Assembly: GCA_002269645.1 (NCBI GenBank)
Contig: NIVC01000736.1
Location: 346,521 to 410,520 of the forward strand
DNA: 64,000 bases
Reading direction: 5' to 3'
Source of the DNA: Macrostomum lignano
Taxonomy: Eukaryota
Below the pieces are notes generated by a model that saw only the letters and a list, made by a program, of their open reading frames with translations, ran no database searches and had not been told where the DNA came from. Shown here piece by piece: positions 12,655-23,590 of this stretch. The first letter of the stretch is position 1; every line of letters begins with the position of its first letter. Made by a program: the position numbers and the translations under genes.

Positions 12655-12998
12655 CTGGATCTAATAGATCAGGGTTCCACTGTCTAAGAGATGAGTCCAT
12701 AGACTAATCCAGAGATTCCAGACTATTAGTCATAGACTAATAGATCAGGGTCCCAGAGTCTTATAGATCAGGGTCCCATAGTCTTATAGATCAGGGTCCC
12801 ATAGTCTTACAGATCAGGGTCCCATAGTCTTATAGATCAGGGTCCCATAGTCTTATAGATCAGGGTCCCATAGACTAATAGATCAGGGTCCCATAGACTA
12901 ATAGATCAGGGTGCCATAGTGTATTAGATCAGGGTGCCATAGTCTAATAGATCAAGGTGCCACAGTCTAATAGATCAAGGTGCCACAGTCTAATAGAT
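12655..12998. repeat. 23-bp minisatellite ATAGATCAGGGTCCCATAGTCT(T/A)
   Basis: Tandem array upstream of GTPBP6. Confidence 0.9.
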
Positions 12999-13380
12999 CA
13001 GGTTACCAAACGGTCTTGGATACAGCAAGCCGAGAAAACAAAGGCAGACACAAGGCAATTTTCAATATTAATAAACCTGTCTAGATGTGCAAATATTAAT
13101 AATTTCCAAGTCACAGAGATGGAAAGCTGGCTGACAAAATAAAACAGTATATTTCTTGTATTCCATTTGCTGATCTGCCGCGTCCCAAATAATAACCAGG
13201 CCAAATGCAGCGCAGGTGAGCATAAGCCTAAAGCATTTCATCATAGATCTACTGGTGCAATAAGATTGATCAAGGCAGCACTGCTGAGCTCTTTGTGATT
13301 GCAAGTTTGGGTGTACAGTATGGCAGCTCAAGTTTGCAAGCAAGTTACGGGTTGGATCAAAAGGCAGAGAACGATTCCTG

Positions 13381-14240
13381 ACGATTCTGATGGTCAGGGA
13401 GTCCCGATTCTGATGGTCAGGTGTCCCGATTCTAATGGTCAGGGTCCTGTTTCTGATGGTCAGGGGTCCCGATTCTGATGGTCAGGGGTACCGATTCTGA
13501 TGGTCAGGTGTCCCGATTCTAATGGTCAGGGGTCCCGATTCTGATGGTCAGGGTCCTGTTTCTGATGGTCAGGGGTCCTGTTTCTGATGGTCAGGGGTCC
13601 TGTTTCTGATGGTCAGGGGTGCTGATTCTGATGGACATGGGTACCGATTCTGATGGTCAGGGGTCCCGATTCTGATGGTCAGGCGCACTTATTCTGATGG
13701 TCAGGGGTACCGATTATAATGGTCAGGCGCACTTATTCTAATGGTCAGGGGTCCCGATTCTGATGGTCAGGGGTACCGATTCTGATGGTCAGGGGTCCTG
13801 GTTCTGATAGTCAGGGGTCCCGATTCTGATGGTCAGGGGTACCGATTCTGATGGTCAGGGGTACCGATTCTGATGGTCAGGGGTACCGATTCTGATGGTC
13901 AGGGGTACCGATTCTGATGGTCAGGGGTACCGATTCTGATGGTCAGGGGTCCCGATTCTGATGGTCAGGGGTACCGATTCTGATGGTCAGGGGTCCCGAT
14001 TCTGATGGTCAGGGGTCCCGATTCTGATGGTCAGGGGTACCGATTGTGATGGTCAGGGGTACCGATTCTGATGGTCAGGGGTCCCGATTTTAATGGTCAG
14101 TGAGTCCTGATTCTAATGGTCAGGCGCACTTATTCTAATGGTCAGGGGTCCCGATTCTAATGTACAGAGGTCCTGTTTCTGATGGTCAGGGGTCCCGATT
14201 CTGATGGTCGGGCGCACTTATTCTGATGGTCAGGGGTCCC
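13381..14240. repeat. ~22-23-bp minisatellite GATTCTGATGGTCAGGGGT(A/C)CC
   Basis: Tandem array between the GABPB-like stop and GTPBP6. Confidence 0.95.
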
Positions 14241-14405
14241 AGTTCTTGTAATATTGTAATCATCCACAGAGGCACCAAAAACCTGATCAGGAGACCCTAA
14301 CAAGAACAATTTTCAACCAAAGCGAGAGTGAATTGAAAAGCTTGAGTCAGAGCTCCAGCACTGAGCCAGTACAAGGGCGGGCGGGGGCAGTCCAGTTAGG
14401 CCCTG

Positions 14406-17400
14406 CTAGGACTCCGAGCAGGACTGCAGGTGCTCCAGCAGCTGGCAGTCGACCCGGAACGCGGACACAACCAGGCGCGAGGCCGATTCCTCGTGAGTGG
14501 CACGCAGGTTCACAACGGAGCCGTCGGTGTCATAAAACCAGCCCAGCAGGGACGACCCGTACATTGCCGTCACGCGCAGGCCCAGGCTGGACAGGTGGGC
14601 GGGCACCTGGAAAATATTGTTTGGGGGAGCTTTGTCACACTGGCGTCACGGCCTTCTTGATGGCGCCCATGCGGTCACAGAGCACTGAGATGAGCACCCA
14701 GCCCGGTCATAGAGCACTGAGAGGAGCACCCAGCCCGGTCACAGAGCACTGAGATGAGCACCCAGCCCGATCACACTGAGATGAGCACCCAGCCCGGTCA
14801 CACTGAGATGAGCACCCAGCCCGGTCACAGAGCTCTGAGATGAGCACCCAGCCCGGTCACAGAGCTCTGAGATGAGCACCCAGCCCGGTCACTCTGAGAT
14901 GAGCACCCAGCCCGGTCACACTGAGATGAGCACCCAGCCCGGTCACAGAGCTCTGAGATGAGCACCCAGCCCGGTCACTCTGAGATGAGCACCCAGCCCG
15001 TCACACTGAGATGAGCACCCAGCCCGGTCACTCTGAGATGAGCACCCAGCCCGGTCACACTAAGATGAACACCCAGCCCGTCACACTGAGATAAGCACCC
15101 AGCCCGGTCACTCTGAGATGAGCACCCAGCCCGTCACACTGAGATGAGCACCCAGCCTGTCACACTGAGATGAGCACCCAGCCCGGTCACTCTGAGATGA
15201 GCACCCAGCCCGTCACACCGAGATGAGCACCCAGCCCGTCACACTGAGATGAGCACCCAGCCGAACCTGGGCGATCCCGCAGCCGGCAGGCAGCCAGACG
15301 GACAGCGGGTCGCCATTCCCCTGATCTGCCAGCTCCTGCAGCCGCATCCGCAGCTCCAGCCCGGACGTGGCAGATGTGGCCGATGAAGCCGCTGAAGCTG
15401 GCGAATCGCTCTCGGCCTGCTGCTGCAGTGAAGACTCAGCCGGCTGCTCGAACTGGATGTCACCAAGGTCGTCCAGCAGCCCCAGACCTGCGTCGGTGGC
15501 GTCGTCAACGCCCGGCCAGCGGCAGGCCTCCGTCAGCGATTCGTCGACGTCGATGCAGCCAGGTTCGACGACGGGCGGGCCCAGAGACCGGCTGCCGTTT
15601 GTGGCGAAGTCGGACAGCAGCGCGGCGCAGCCCAGGCCGGCGTGGCCCAGCGACTCGGCCACCTGCAGGGGCGTCTGGCCGAACTTGTTCACCGGGCTGT
15701 GCTGTGCGCCCGCCCGCAGCAGCAAGTCCACAATGGCCGGCCTGGGGACGCGGGAATGGGGATGGCGGGTGTCACCTCTGACACAATCCTGTCAGACTGT
15801 GAATATCTGACACAATCCTGTCAGACTGTGAATATCTGACACAATCCTGTCAGACTGTGAATATGACACAATCCTGTCAGGCTGTGAATATCTGACACAA
15901 CCCTTTCAGACTGTCAATATCTGACACAATCCTGTCAGACCAATCAGAGAACATCTGACACAAGCCTGTCAGACCAATCAGCGAATATCTGACACAAGCC
16001 TGTCAGACCAATCAGAGAACATCTGACACAAGCCTGTCAGACCAACCAGTGAACATCTGACACAATCCTGTCAGACCAACCAGTGAACATCTGACACAAT
16101 CCTGTCAGACCAATCAGTGAAAATCTAACACAATCCTGTCAGACCAATCAGTGAACATCTGACCAATCAGTGAACATCTGACACAAGCCTGTCAGACCAA
16201 TCAGTGAACATCTGACCAATCAGTGAAAATCTAACACAATCCTGTCAGACCAATCAGTGAACATCTGACCAATCAGTGAACATCTGACACAAGCCTGTCA
16301 GACCAATCTGTGAATATCTGACCAATCAGTGAACATCTGACACAAGCCTGTCAGACCAATCAGTGAATATCTGACACAAGCCTGTCAGACCAATCAGTGA
16401 ATATCTGACACAAGCCTGTCAGACCAATCAGTGAATATCTGACACAAGCCTGTCAGACCAATCAGTGAACATCTGACACAAGCCTGTCAGACCAATCTGT
16501 GAATATCTGACCAATCAGTGAACATCTGACACAAGCCTGTCAGACCAATCTGTGAATATCTGACACAAGCCTGTCAGACCAATCAGTGAATATCTGACAC
16601 AAGCCTGTCAGACCAGTGAACATCTGACACAAGCCTGTCAGACCAATCAGTGAATATCTGACACAAGCCTGTCAGACCAACCAGTGAACATCTGACACAA
16701 GCCTGTCAGACCAATCAGTGAATATCTGACACAAGCCTGTCAGGCCAATCAGTGAACATCTGACACTAGCCTGTCAGACCAATCAGAGAACATCTGACAC
16801 AAGCCTGTCAGATCAATCAGTGAACATCTGACACAAGCCTGTCAGACCAATCTGTGAATATCTGACACAAGCCTGTCAGACCAATCAGTGAACATCTGAC
16901 ACAAGCCTGTCAGACCAATCAGTGAATATCTGACACAAGCCTGTCAGACCAATCAGAGAATATCTGACACAAGCCTGTCAGACCAATCAGAGAACATCTG
17001 ACACAAGCCTGTCAGACCAATCAGAGAATATCTGACACAAGCCTGTCAGACCAACCAGTGAACATCTGACACAATCCTGTCAGACCAATCAGTGAACATC
17101 TGACACAATCCTGTCAGACCATCCAGAGAACATCTGACACAAGCCTGTCAGACCAATCAGTGAACATCTGACACAAGCCTGTCAGACCAATCAGTGAACA
17201 TCTGACCAATCAGTGAACATCTGACACAAGCCTGTCAGACCAATCAGTGAACATCTGACCAATCAGTGAACATCTGACCAATCAGTGAACATCTGACCAA
17301 TCAGTGAACATCTGACACAAGCCTGTCAGACCAATCTGTGAATATCTGACACAAGCCTGTCAGTCATTTCTTAATCCACCTACCAGTTGCCCTGGCAGGC

Positions 17401-18051
17401 GCAGTGCAGCGGCCGGTTGCGCAGGAAGTCCTCGCTGTCCGGATCCGCCCCGGAGTCCAGCAGCAGCCTGGCAACATCGCCGTGCCCGCCCGCCGCGGCC
17501 AGGTGCAGCGGGGTGCGGCCCACTTTATTGCGCGCATCGGCCTGGAAGCTGTGGGCCAGCAGGCGGCGGCAGATGGCCAGGTGGCCGCTCCGGGCGGCCT
17601 GGTGCAAGGCAGTGAAGCCCAGCCAGTCGCTGGAGTGCGGCACGTTGGACTCCAGCAGGCTGCTCACCTGGGCCAGGTCGCCAGCCTCGGCGTAGGCGTT
17701 CAAGCAGCCGCCGAGATTCTTGGCCAGCTCCAGCGGCTTGTCGTCTTCTTCGTCTGGCTGCTGCTTCACCAGAGGAGTCTGCTGCTCCTGCTCAGCCAAT
17801 TGCTGCTTCCGCTGTCTGATGCGCCACCTGCAGCCGCTGCGGCCCTGCATCCGCTGGGAGGCCGCGGCTGCAGAGGCAGCGGCGACAGCCGTGATGGAGG
17901 CGGCAGGGTTGAGCAGTGAGGGATCGGCGGCGAGGGACCCCAGCATTGGACTGCCTGCCTGCTGCTGCTGCTCCTGCGAATATTGCTGCTCCTGCAGAAG
18001 CAACTGCTGCTGGAACAATTTCTGTTGCTGCTGCACTGCTTCTAGTGGCAT
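14406..18051 (-). CDS. GABPB: GA-binding protein beta-like ankyrin-repeat protein; exons 18051-17384, 15741-15267, 14606-14406
   Basis: [67 protein letters not shown] and VNKFGQTPL follow the four GABP-beta ankyrin repeats (DWLGTSPLH, DARTKVDRTPLH, DMLKMTALH, KFCKTAF). The phase-2 intron rejoins TG|G = Trp; the second intron is phase 0. Confidence 0.8.
14675..15262. repeat. ~24-29-bp minisatellite ACACTGAGATGAGCACCCAGCCCGGTC
   Basis: Fills GABPB-like intron 15266-14607. Confidence 0.95.
15777..17362. repeat. 34-bp minisatellite ATCTGACACAAGCCTGTCAGACCAATCAGTGAAC with an internal palindrome
   Basis: Fills GABPB-like intron 17383-15742; TCTGACA and TGTCAGA are reverse complements around a 6-nt loop. 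Confidence 0.95.
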
Positions 18052-18217
18052 GAATTAGTGGGCATTTGCAGATATATTATTTGTTATATTTATTTTGCTA
18101 ACAAAAATGTCAACAAATACTTATCAAAGAAGACACATTTATAAATGACACTCTAAGCCTAGAATAGCACAAGTACAAGTGTTATAAATTCATATAGAAA
18201 ATAGAAAAAATGTGTAA

Positions 18218-18530
18218 AATAATAATAATAATTGATTATACCTGCCCTAATTGGGCCAGATGTGCAACTGACAGCTCAGCCACAGCTATTGTGTTGCACA
18301 TCTGAAGGTTGCATATGGCTGTTTAGTCTAAAGACTGGGGGTTACCATATACCCTGAATTACCCCAGCTAATGCTGGCACCTATTTTATAGCTGGGTGGA
18401 CTAAAGCATTATAGAGTTAATTGTCTTGCTTAAGGACACAAGTTGTTCCAATTGGATCTTGAATCCAACTTCCAACCTTCAAGTCACAAGTCCAATGCTT
18501 TAAATATCAGACTACAACACATTTAAGTAA
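18218..18530 (-). mobile_element. tRNA-headed CORE-type SINE (degenerate copy)
   Basis: Clearly homologous to 45048-45345; contains a CORE-like segment and a (TTA)n-type tail at the left end. Confidence 0.7.
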
Positions 18531-18764
18531 TAAATCATAATGAATTCTACCTTTGAAACTACACATATCAACATATGTAACTGCTAGCCAACCTAGCCAA
18601 TACAATATAGCTAATATAAATTATGACAAACTAGGAATAAGTTATAAAATTAACAACTTTTGATAAATTGGACTCTAATTTGTCAAATTAGACAAATTAG
18701 ACTCTAATTTAGAGAACAAATTTAATAATTTTTATTTTGATTTTTGTTAAGTAACAAAGCTAAG

Positions 18765-18955
18765 CAGGCGCCGCGGAACAGGGGGGGCAGCTGCCCCCCC
18801 TGACATTGAGTTGGGGGGGCATTGCCCCCCCTCAAATACTGTTCAACAGCATAATTTTGCTCAAATTTTTGGTCATTGTCCAAGTCAGGGTCTGGGCTTG
18901 AGTTTCGGAAACTTGGTCCTGCCCCCCCTGGCAAAAACTCGTTCCGCGGCGCCTG
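18765..18955. mobile_element. hAT-type MITE, 191 bp
   Basis: Perfect 15-bp terminal inverted repeats CAGGCGCCGCGGAAC...GTTCCGCGGCGCCTG, flanked by an identical 8-bp direct repeat AAGCTAAG (18757-18764 and 18956-18963). Confidence 0.9.
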
Positions 18956-20482
18956 AAGCTAAGTTGCATTTTTAACTAAGGTGCATAGCCAATAATATAT
19001 AGTTTTTGAAGTTGTATGTATATATATTAAAAACTATGTAAATTAAAAAAGAATAATGTTGCAAATCTTATGAATGACTTTTTGGGATCAATTTTATTTT
19101 AAATTATACTTCAAATATACTCAAGCATTTTTATTTCTATTTAAATAGAAAAAGACTAATAGAGACAATGTATTTAAAATGATTGTCAAAGGTAGGAATA
19201 AGCTATAATGCTAAAATTAGAACTGGGAGCACCAGATACACAGAAGTGTCAAAACAATTGAGATACTCTGCATGATGCATGTATTAAAACTTTTCAATTT
19301 TAGCAATTTTGACCCATTCCCTCTATAGAAAATATGGCTTTATTTTGGCTTAAGAAGTTAGATTATGCCTGATACCCCTTGGATAAAATAAACTTAGAGC
19401 CTGGCTGCCACTGGAAATAGTTCTCTTAGAGACCTAGTATCTATTGTCTTTTTATAGGCCTATATTACATCTTATTTTCCTTTTCATTTGTTATGATTCC
19501 AAATAGCCTAGCCTGCCTAGGCTGCTTAGCTGCTGGCATAAGACAAAAATTTAATTAGGCATTATTGTGACATTGCATTATTTAAAAAGGATTCAATATT
19601 CTACAAGTTATTTTATTGCAAAAGAGCATTCTTTCGTTTTATTTGACACAAATAGCCGTTTTATTAGTAACACCTGACTCCACGTAACGCAATATAAATG
19701 AATGAAGTTCACACACAGTATGACCTTTCTTTCTAAGAAAACTCATTTAAACCATTCTCACTTTTTATAGACAAACAAAAATAGTGACATTGAAATCTTT
19801 TATAGAGTCATATAGTATAGGATTTCCAACTCCCTGTATAAATTCTACTTCTCTTAAATAGCCCCTAAGGCATAAACATTAATGGTAGATCAAGAGTGAC
19901 AAAGTTTTGAAAGTTTTAATGTCTGCTTTACAAGGCCTTTCAGTGTAAGTTCAAGGACCCAAGGACCATTGTAGTATAGCTATATATATAACTACGCTTG
20001 TATATATAACTATATATAACGATATAACTGTAAGCGATACGTTTTTCTACGAGTACCGTACGTGGTGTTTGAGTAAATTCTGTTTAACCCTAAACCGTTG
20101 TAATTTAGCACCAGAAGACTATGAATTTAAATGCGCTGAATGTAACATATATATAGAGCTGCAGGATGTAATTTTCTGCAGCTGCAGGTATATCTTAGAT
20201 TGATAGTTTATATTCGACGGATGCTTCGAAATATAGCGGATGTTAAGATAATAGCGGAAGACAAAGCATTTGTTGTTTAATTGGTACAAATCAAAATGAC
20301 GCGCAACGACTGATAGCTATTTTTTTAAAAGGGCCTTCGTTAAGGGGTAGTGCATATTCGCGTATATATGAACTTGCTACTATTAGCTAGTTGCAAATGT
20401 GAACCCTACTTCTCCGAAATCAGTTTTCTGAGCGAAGCAGTCACAGGGCAAGCAGTCACATACCCTCAAGTCAAGTAATTAT

Positions 20483-21180
20483 TTTCCTTTTCCAAAACTG
20501 GCGATCCCAATGACTCGGCTGTTCTCAACGCTTAAAGCTGATGCTGTTGCTCGCATTCTTGGTTCTGCCATTGCAACAAGCTGCAGCTCAAACTCAACCG
20601 ACGCTTCCTCTTGGTCAAGCCCCGCAACTTTACCATCAGTTGTAAAGCGCCTTAAGTTCTTTTTGTGTTCAGACAGACAAGTAGAAAAATACAAAAGCAA
20701 AAGCCAATAACATGTCTAAAACGTTTTCAGCTTTTGCAATAACAAACAATCCTGCTCCCGGTTGGCAAGGCAGTTTCGGTTATGCGGAAACGTCATCGAT
20801 CACCACAAGGATCGAAACTGGGAAACTCGTCGCGACTCATGAGGATGACGGAGCTGGACAGCAGCGTCTGCCTGAAGCCTCGCTGAAGCACGGACGGCGG
20901 CACCTGCTCAGCGGGGCAGCGGCTTCTCTGCACGGACACCAGACCGCATGCGGAGTCGTTCGACTCGACCAGAATGCGGACGGCTCTCAGGTCCGTGAAG
21001 TTTGCTCGGCCTGAGTCGAAGTCGAAGAAGAAGAGCTGCGGACCGGACGGCTGCAGCAGAACCGGGACGGGCTGTCCAAGCGACAGTCGGAAATCCGAAA
21101 CGAGTTGAGCTCTAGAACTAACAGTGACGAGCATAGCCGACTGGGTAGTCACCCACAAATACACCTGCTGCTGCTGCTGC

Positions 21181-21183
<3 letters not shown>
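20483..21183. pseudogene. Rearranged SID-1/SIDT pseudogene: 5' end on + (~20483-20670), ectodomain and TM fragments on - (~20675-21183)
   Basis: The plus piece translates as MTRLFSTLK..AAAQTQPTLPLGQA with frameshifts. The minus piece is QQQQQQVYLWVTT..QPSGPQLFFFDFDSGRANF..GFRQTLLSSSVILM, near-identical to the intact paralogues, followed by frameshifts and an internal deletion. Confidence 0.88.
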
Positions 21184-21268
<85 letters not shown>

Positions 21269-21275
21269 TGTGTGC
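21183..21275. repeat. (TG)n microsatellite
   Basis: Directly visible; lies between the LINE 3' end and the SID-1 CAG tract. Confidence 0.97.
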
Positions 21276-22705
21276 GGTGGATTGCGCCCAGGCACCGCTA
21301 GAGGCGATGCTTGGCCAGTTCTACCAGCCCGAGTGGGTCGGCTGCGATGCTGCTGACATCAATGGAGTGTCCTCCTAGGAAACGGAGCCTGGCACTGGCG
21401 AGGGCCGGGCAGTCGAGCCAGTGAACCAGGTCGTCGCATGGGTGACCGCAGCGTAGGCAGAAGGGATCGACCGACGGGTCGATGACGCTGTGGTAGGCTC
21501 GAAAGAGAAGGCAGTGCCCCGAACGGATGTTGGCGGGGAGCACGGCGTCGGCTGGTTCATTGATGAGGTTCTCCTCGAGGTGACAGTTGAGATGGCTGTA
21601 TGTGAGACTCGAGAGGTCGTGTGGCTGATCGGGGGGTCCTGAATGGCGTGGTGAATGACGTTCTTGGCGCTGCAAAATCTGACTGGGCAGGGAGAGAGGT
21701 CCAGCATCGTGGCCTCCTTGGCGGAGCGGTCAGCCATGCAGTTCGTTGCCGGTGACATTTTAGTGGCCGAGGACCCATTGCCAGGTGATATCGGCGATGG
21801 GCGTTGGCAACTGGGCCCTGATGTTGGGGCTGCCGCTGGCAAGCGATCGGAGGAGGGCCTGGCTATCCATGCAGATATTGGTGGCTCCCGTGGTGGCGGA
21901 TTTGTTAAGTCAGCTGATGGCGAGGGCTGCGGCTTGGACCTCCTCCTCGAAGGATGTGGTGGAGGGAGCGCCTCGCTGCTGGAGCGTGGCCAGAATGGTC
22001 GGGTTGTCCGGGTCGTCGACCGTGACGATGGCCGCGGCACCGCCACCGGCCGTGCCGCCGGCAGCCGAGCCGTCACAGAAGATGGTGATTGTGCCTGGAA
22101 GCAAGCGAATGATGTTGGTGGCAGCTGCCGTGCGCGCTGGGCGAGGCTCCGGCAGATCCATGCTGATGCGCACGTCGTTGAAGCTAAAGGAGGCGTCCCA
22201 CGGGGCGGGGCGCGCAGTGAAAATCGTAGCGCGCGGTGTAGTGTCCGCTTTAATGAGGGGCGTCAGTGCGCGCGCAAATGCCACCAGCTGCTTCTGCGGA
22301 GGCGGTACGGAGTGTTTCCTGTGACCGCGATGTGGCACGGGTGGGAAGCCGGAAGGCGAAGAGCCCTTTCGTAGGCGACGAGACAAATGGCGTTACTTCC
22401 GGTATGGACGGCGGAGCAGATGCCCGCTTCCAGTCTGAGAGCCTCAACAAGAGTCTTGCCGTGTTGGCCGGTAACAATGCTGAGGGCGGCGTTCTGCGCT
22501 CTTTCAAGCTAGTTGAAGGCGGAGTCAGATAGCCAGGGGTGCCAGGCCGGAGCAGCGTAGTTGATGATGCTGAGTTGCATTGCCTTGTAGATGCGAAGCA
22601 AGAGTTTCTTGCTCCACCCCCATTCCTTGGAGGCGAGACAGGCAAGCAGCCGGCAGCGGGAGGTGGACCGTTGAAAACTTCTGTTCAATGAAAGTTGCAT
22701 GTGGC
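21276..22705 (-). mobile_element. 5'-truncated, degenerate non-LTR retrotransposon with RNase H (I/Ingi-group-like)
   Basis: RT thumb WGWSKKLLLRIYKAMQLSIINYAAPAW, RNase H IFCDGSA..SFEEEVQAAALA..WQWVLGH..GNE..ADRSAK, and C-terminal CLRCGHPCDDLVHWLDC zinc knuckle. Contains stops and frameshifts. Confidence 0.85.
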
Positions 22706-22960
22706 TTTCCAACACTGGGACCCAGAAAGAACTCCAGAAGCTCCTTGCCTTACAAGTCATGTCCAAAAGTCATGTCATGTCATGTCCAAAAGTCAGACAG
22801 ACTCTTTTATTGTTTATCTCTCTCACTTGCGTATCCTTATATATGTACGTTGCTCGGCCCAAACAGTTGACTATCATATCTATCTTGACGCGTCCCTTGG
22901 TAACCTAAACAGATTGGCTCACATAACTTGAGTCCATTCACAAAATGCGTAAACCAATTG
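22705..22960. repeat. Dispersed repeat, second copy at ~33720-34110
   Basis: Shared blocks CAACACTGGGAC..GAAAGAACTCCAGAAGCTCC, GCGTATCCTTAT, TCTTGACGCGTC and AGATTGGCTCACA occur in the same order and orientation. Confidence 0.75.
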
Positions 22961-23258
22961 TGACCTTTCTTTGTAATTCGTAAAACTACCAAAACTATTA
23001 AAATCTGCTTTGTGAAAACTCGGTTTCAGAAACGGACTTTGCTTCGGTTTGGCCCAGTCAGGAACTTCTAGATGTAGAATAAAACACAGTGGCAACGATG
23101 GCAGCTTCACAAACTCTTCAATAACTTAAAACCTGTGTTATAAAGCTGAAAAACAATTGCCACATCTAAGCCATTCTTTGTTTAAACTTGTAAAGTCGGC
23201 AAATTTTAACTCTACTTGAAAAAGTTGAGATGTAGAAAACTGATTCTCATCTCATCTC

Positions 23259-23590
23259 AACATCAAATTAGCATCAGATTAACATTAGATTAACGTCAGA
23301 TTAATATCAGGTTAGCATCAGGTTAACATCAGGTTAACATCAGGTTAACATCAGGTTAACATCAGGTTAACATCAGGTTAGCATCAGGTTAACATCAGGT
23401 TAACATCAGGTTAACATCAGGTTAACATCAGGTTAACATCAGGTTAGCATCAGGTTAACATCAGGTTAACATCAGGTTAGCATCAGGTTAACATCAGGTT
23501 AACATCAGGTTAACATCAGGTTAACATCAGGTTAGCATCAGGTTAACATCAAGTTAACATCCGATTAACGGCATGTTAACATCAGGTTAA
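23259..23590. repeat. 11-bp tandem repeat CATCAGGTTAA
   Basis: Directly visible array. Confidence 0.95.

Noticed and set aside
14406-14606. Separate PIG-H-like gene ([12 protein letters not shown] resembles SLGIQMTSSYAS)
   Set aside because: The similarity is short, and the exon splices in phase 0 to the ankyrin gene with good donor and acceptor sites.
15777-17362. CRISPR array (34-bp palindromic repeats)
   Set aside because: The units are contiguous with no unique spacers, lie inside a spliceosomal intron, and there are no cas genes.
20483-21183. Twin-priming retrocopy as the cause of the pseudogene inversion
   Set aside because: Twin priming joins the 5' ends of the two pieces; here they meet tail to tail and no poly(A) or TSD is visible.
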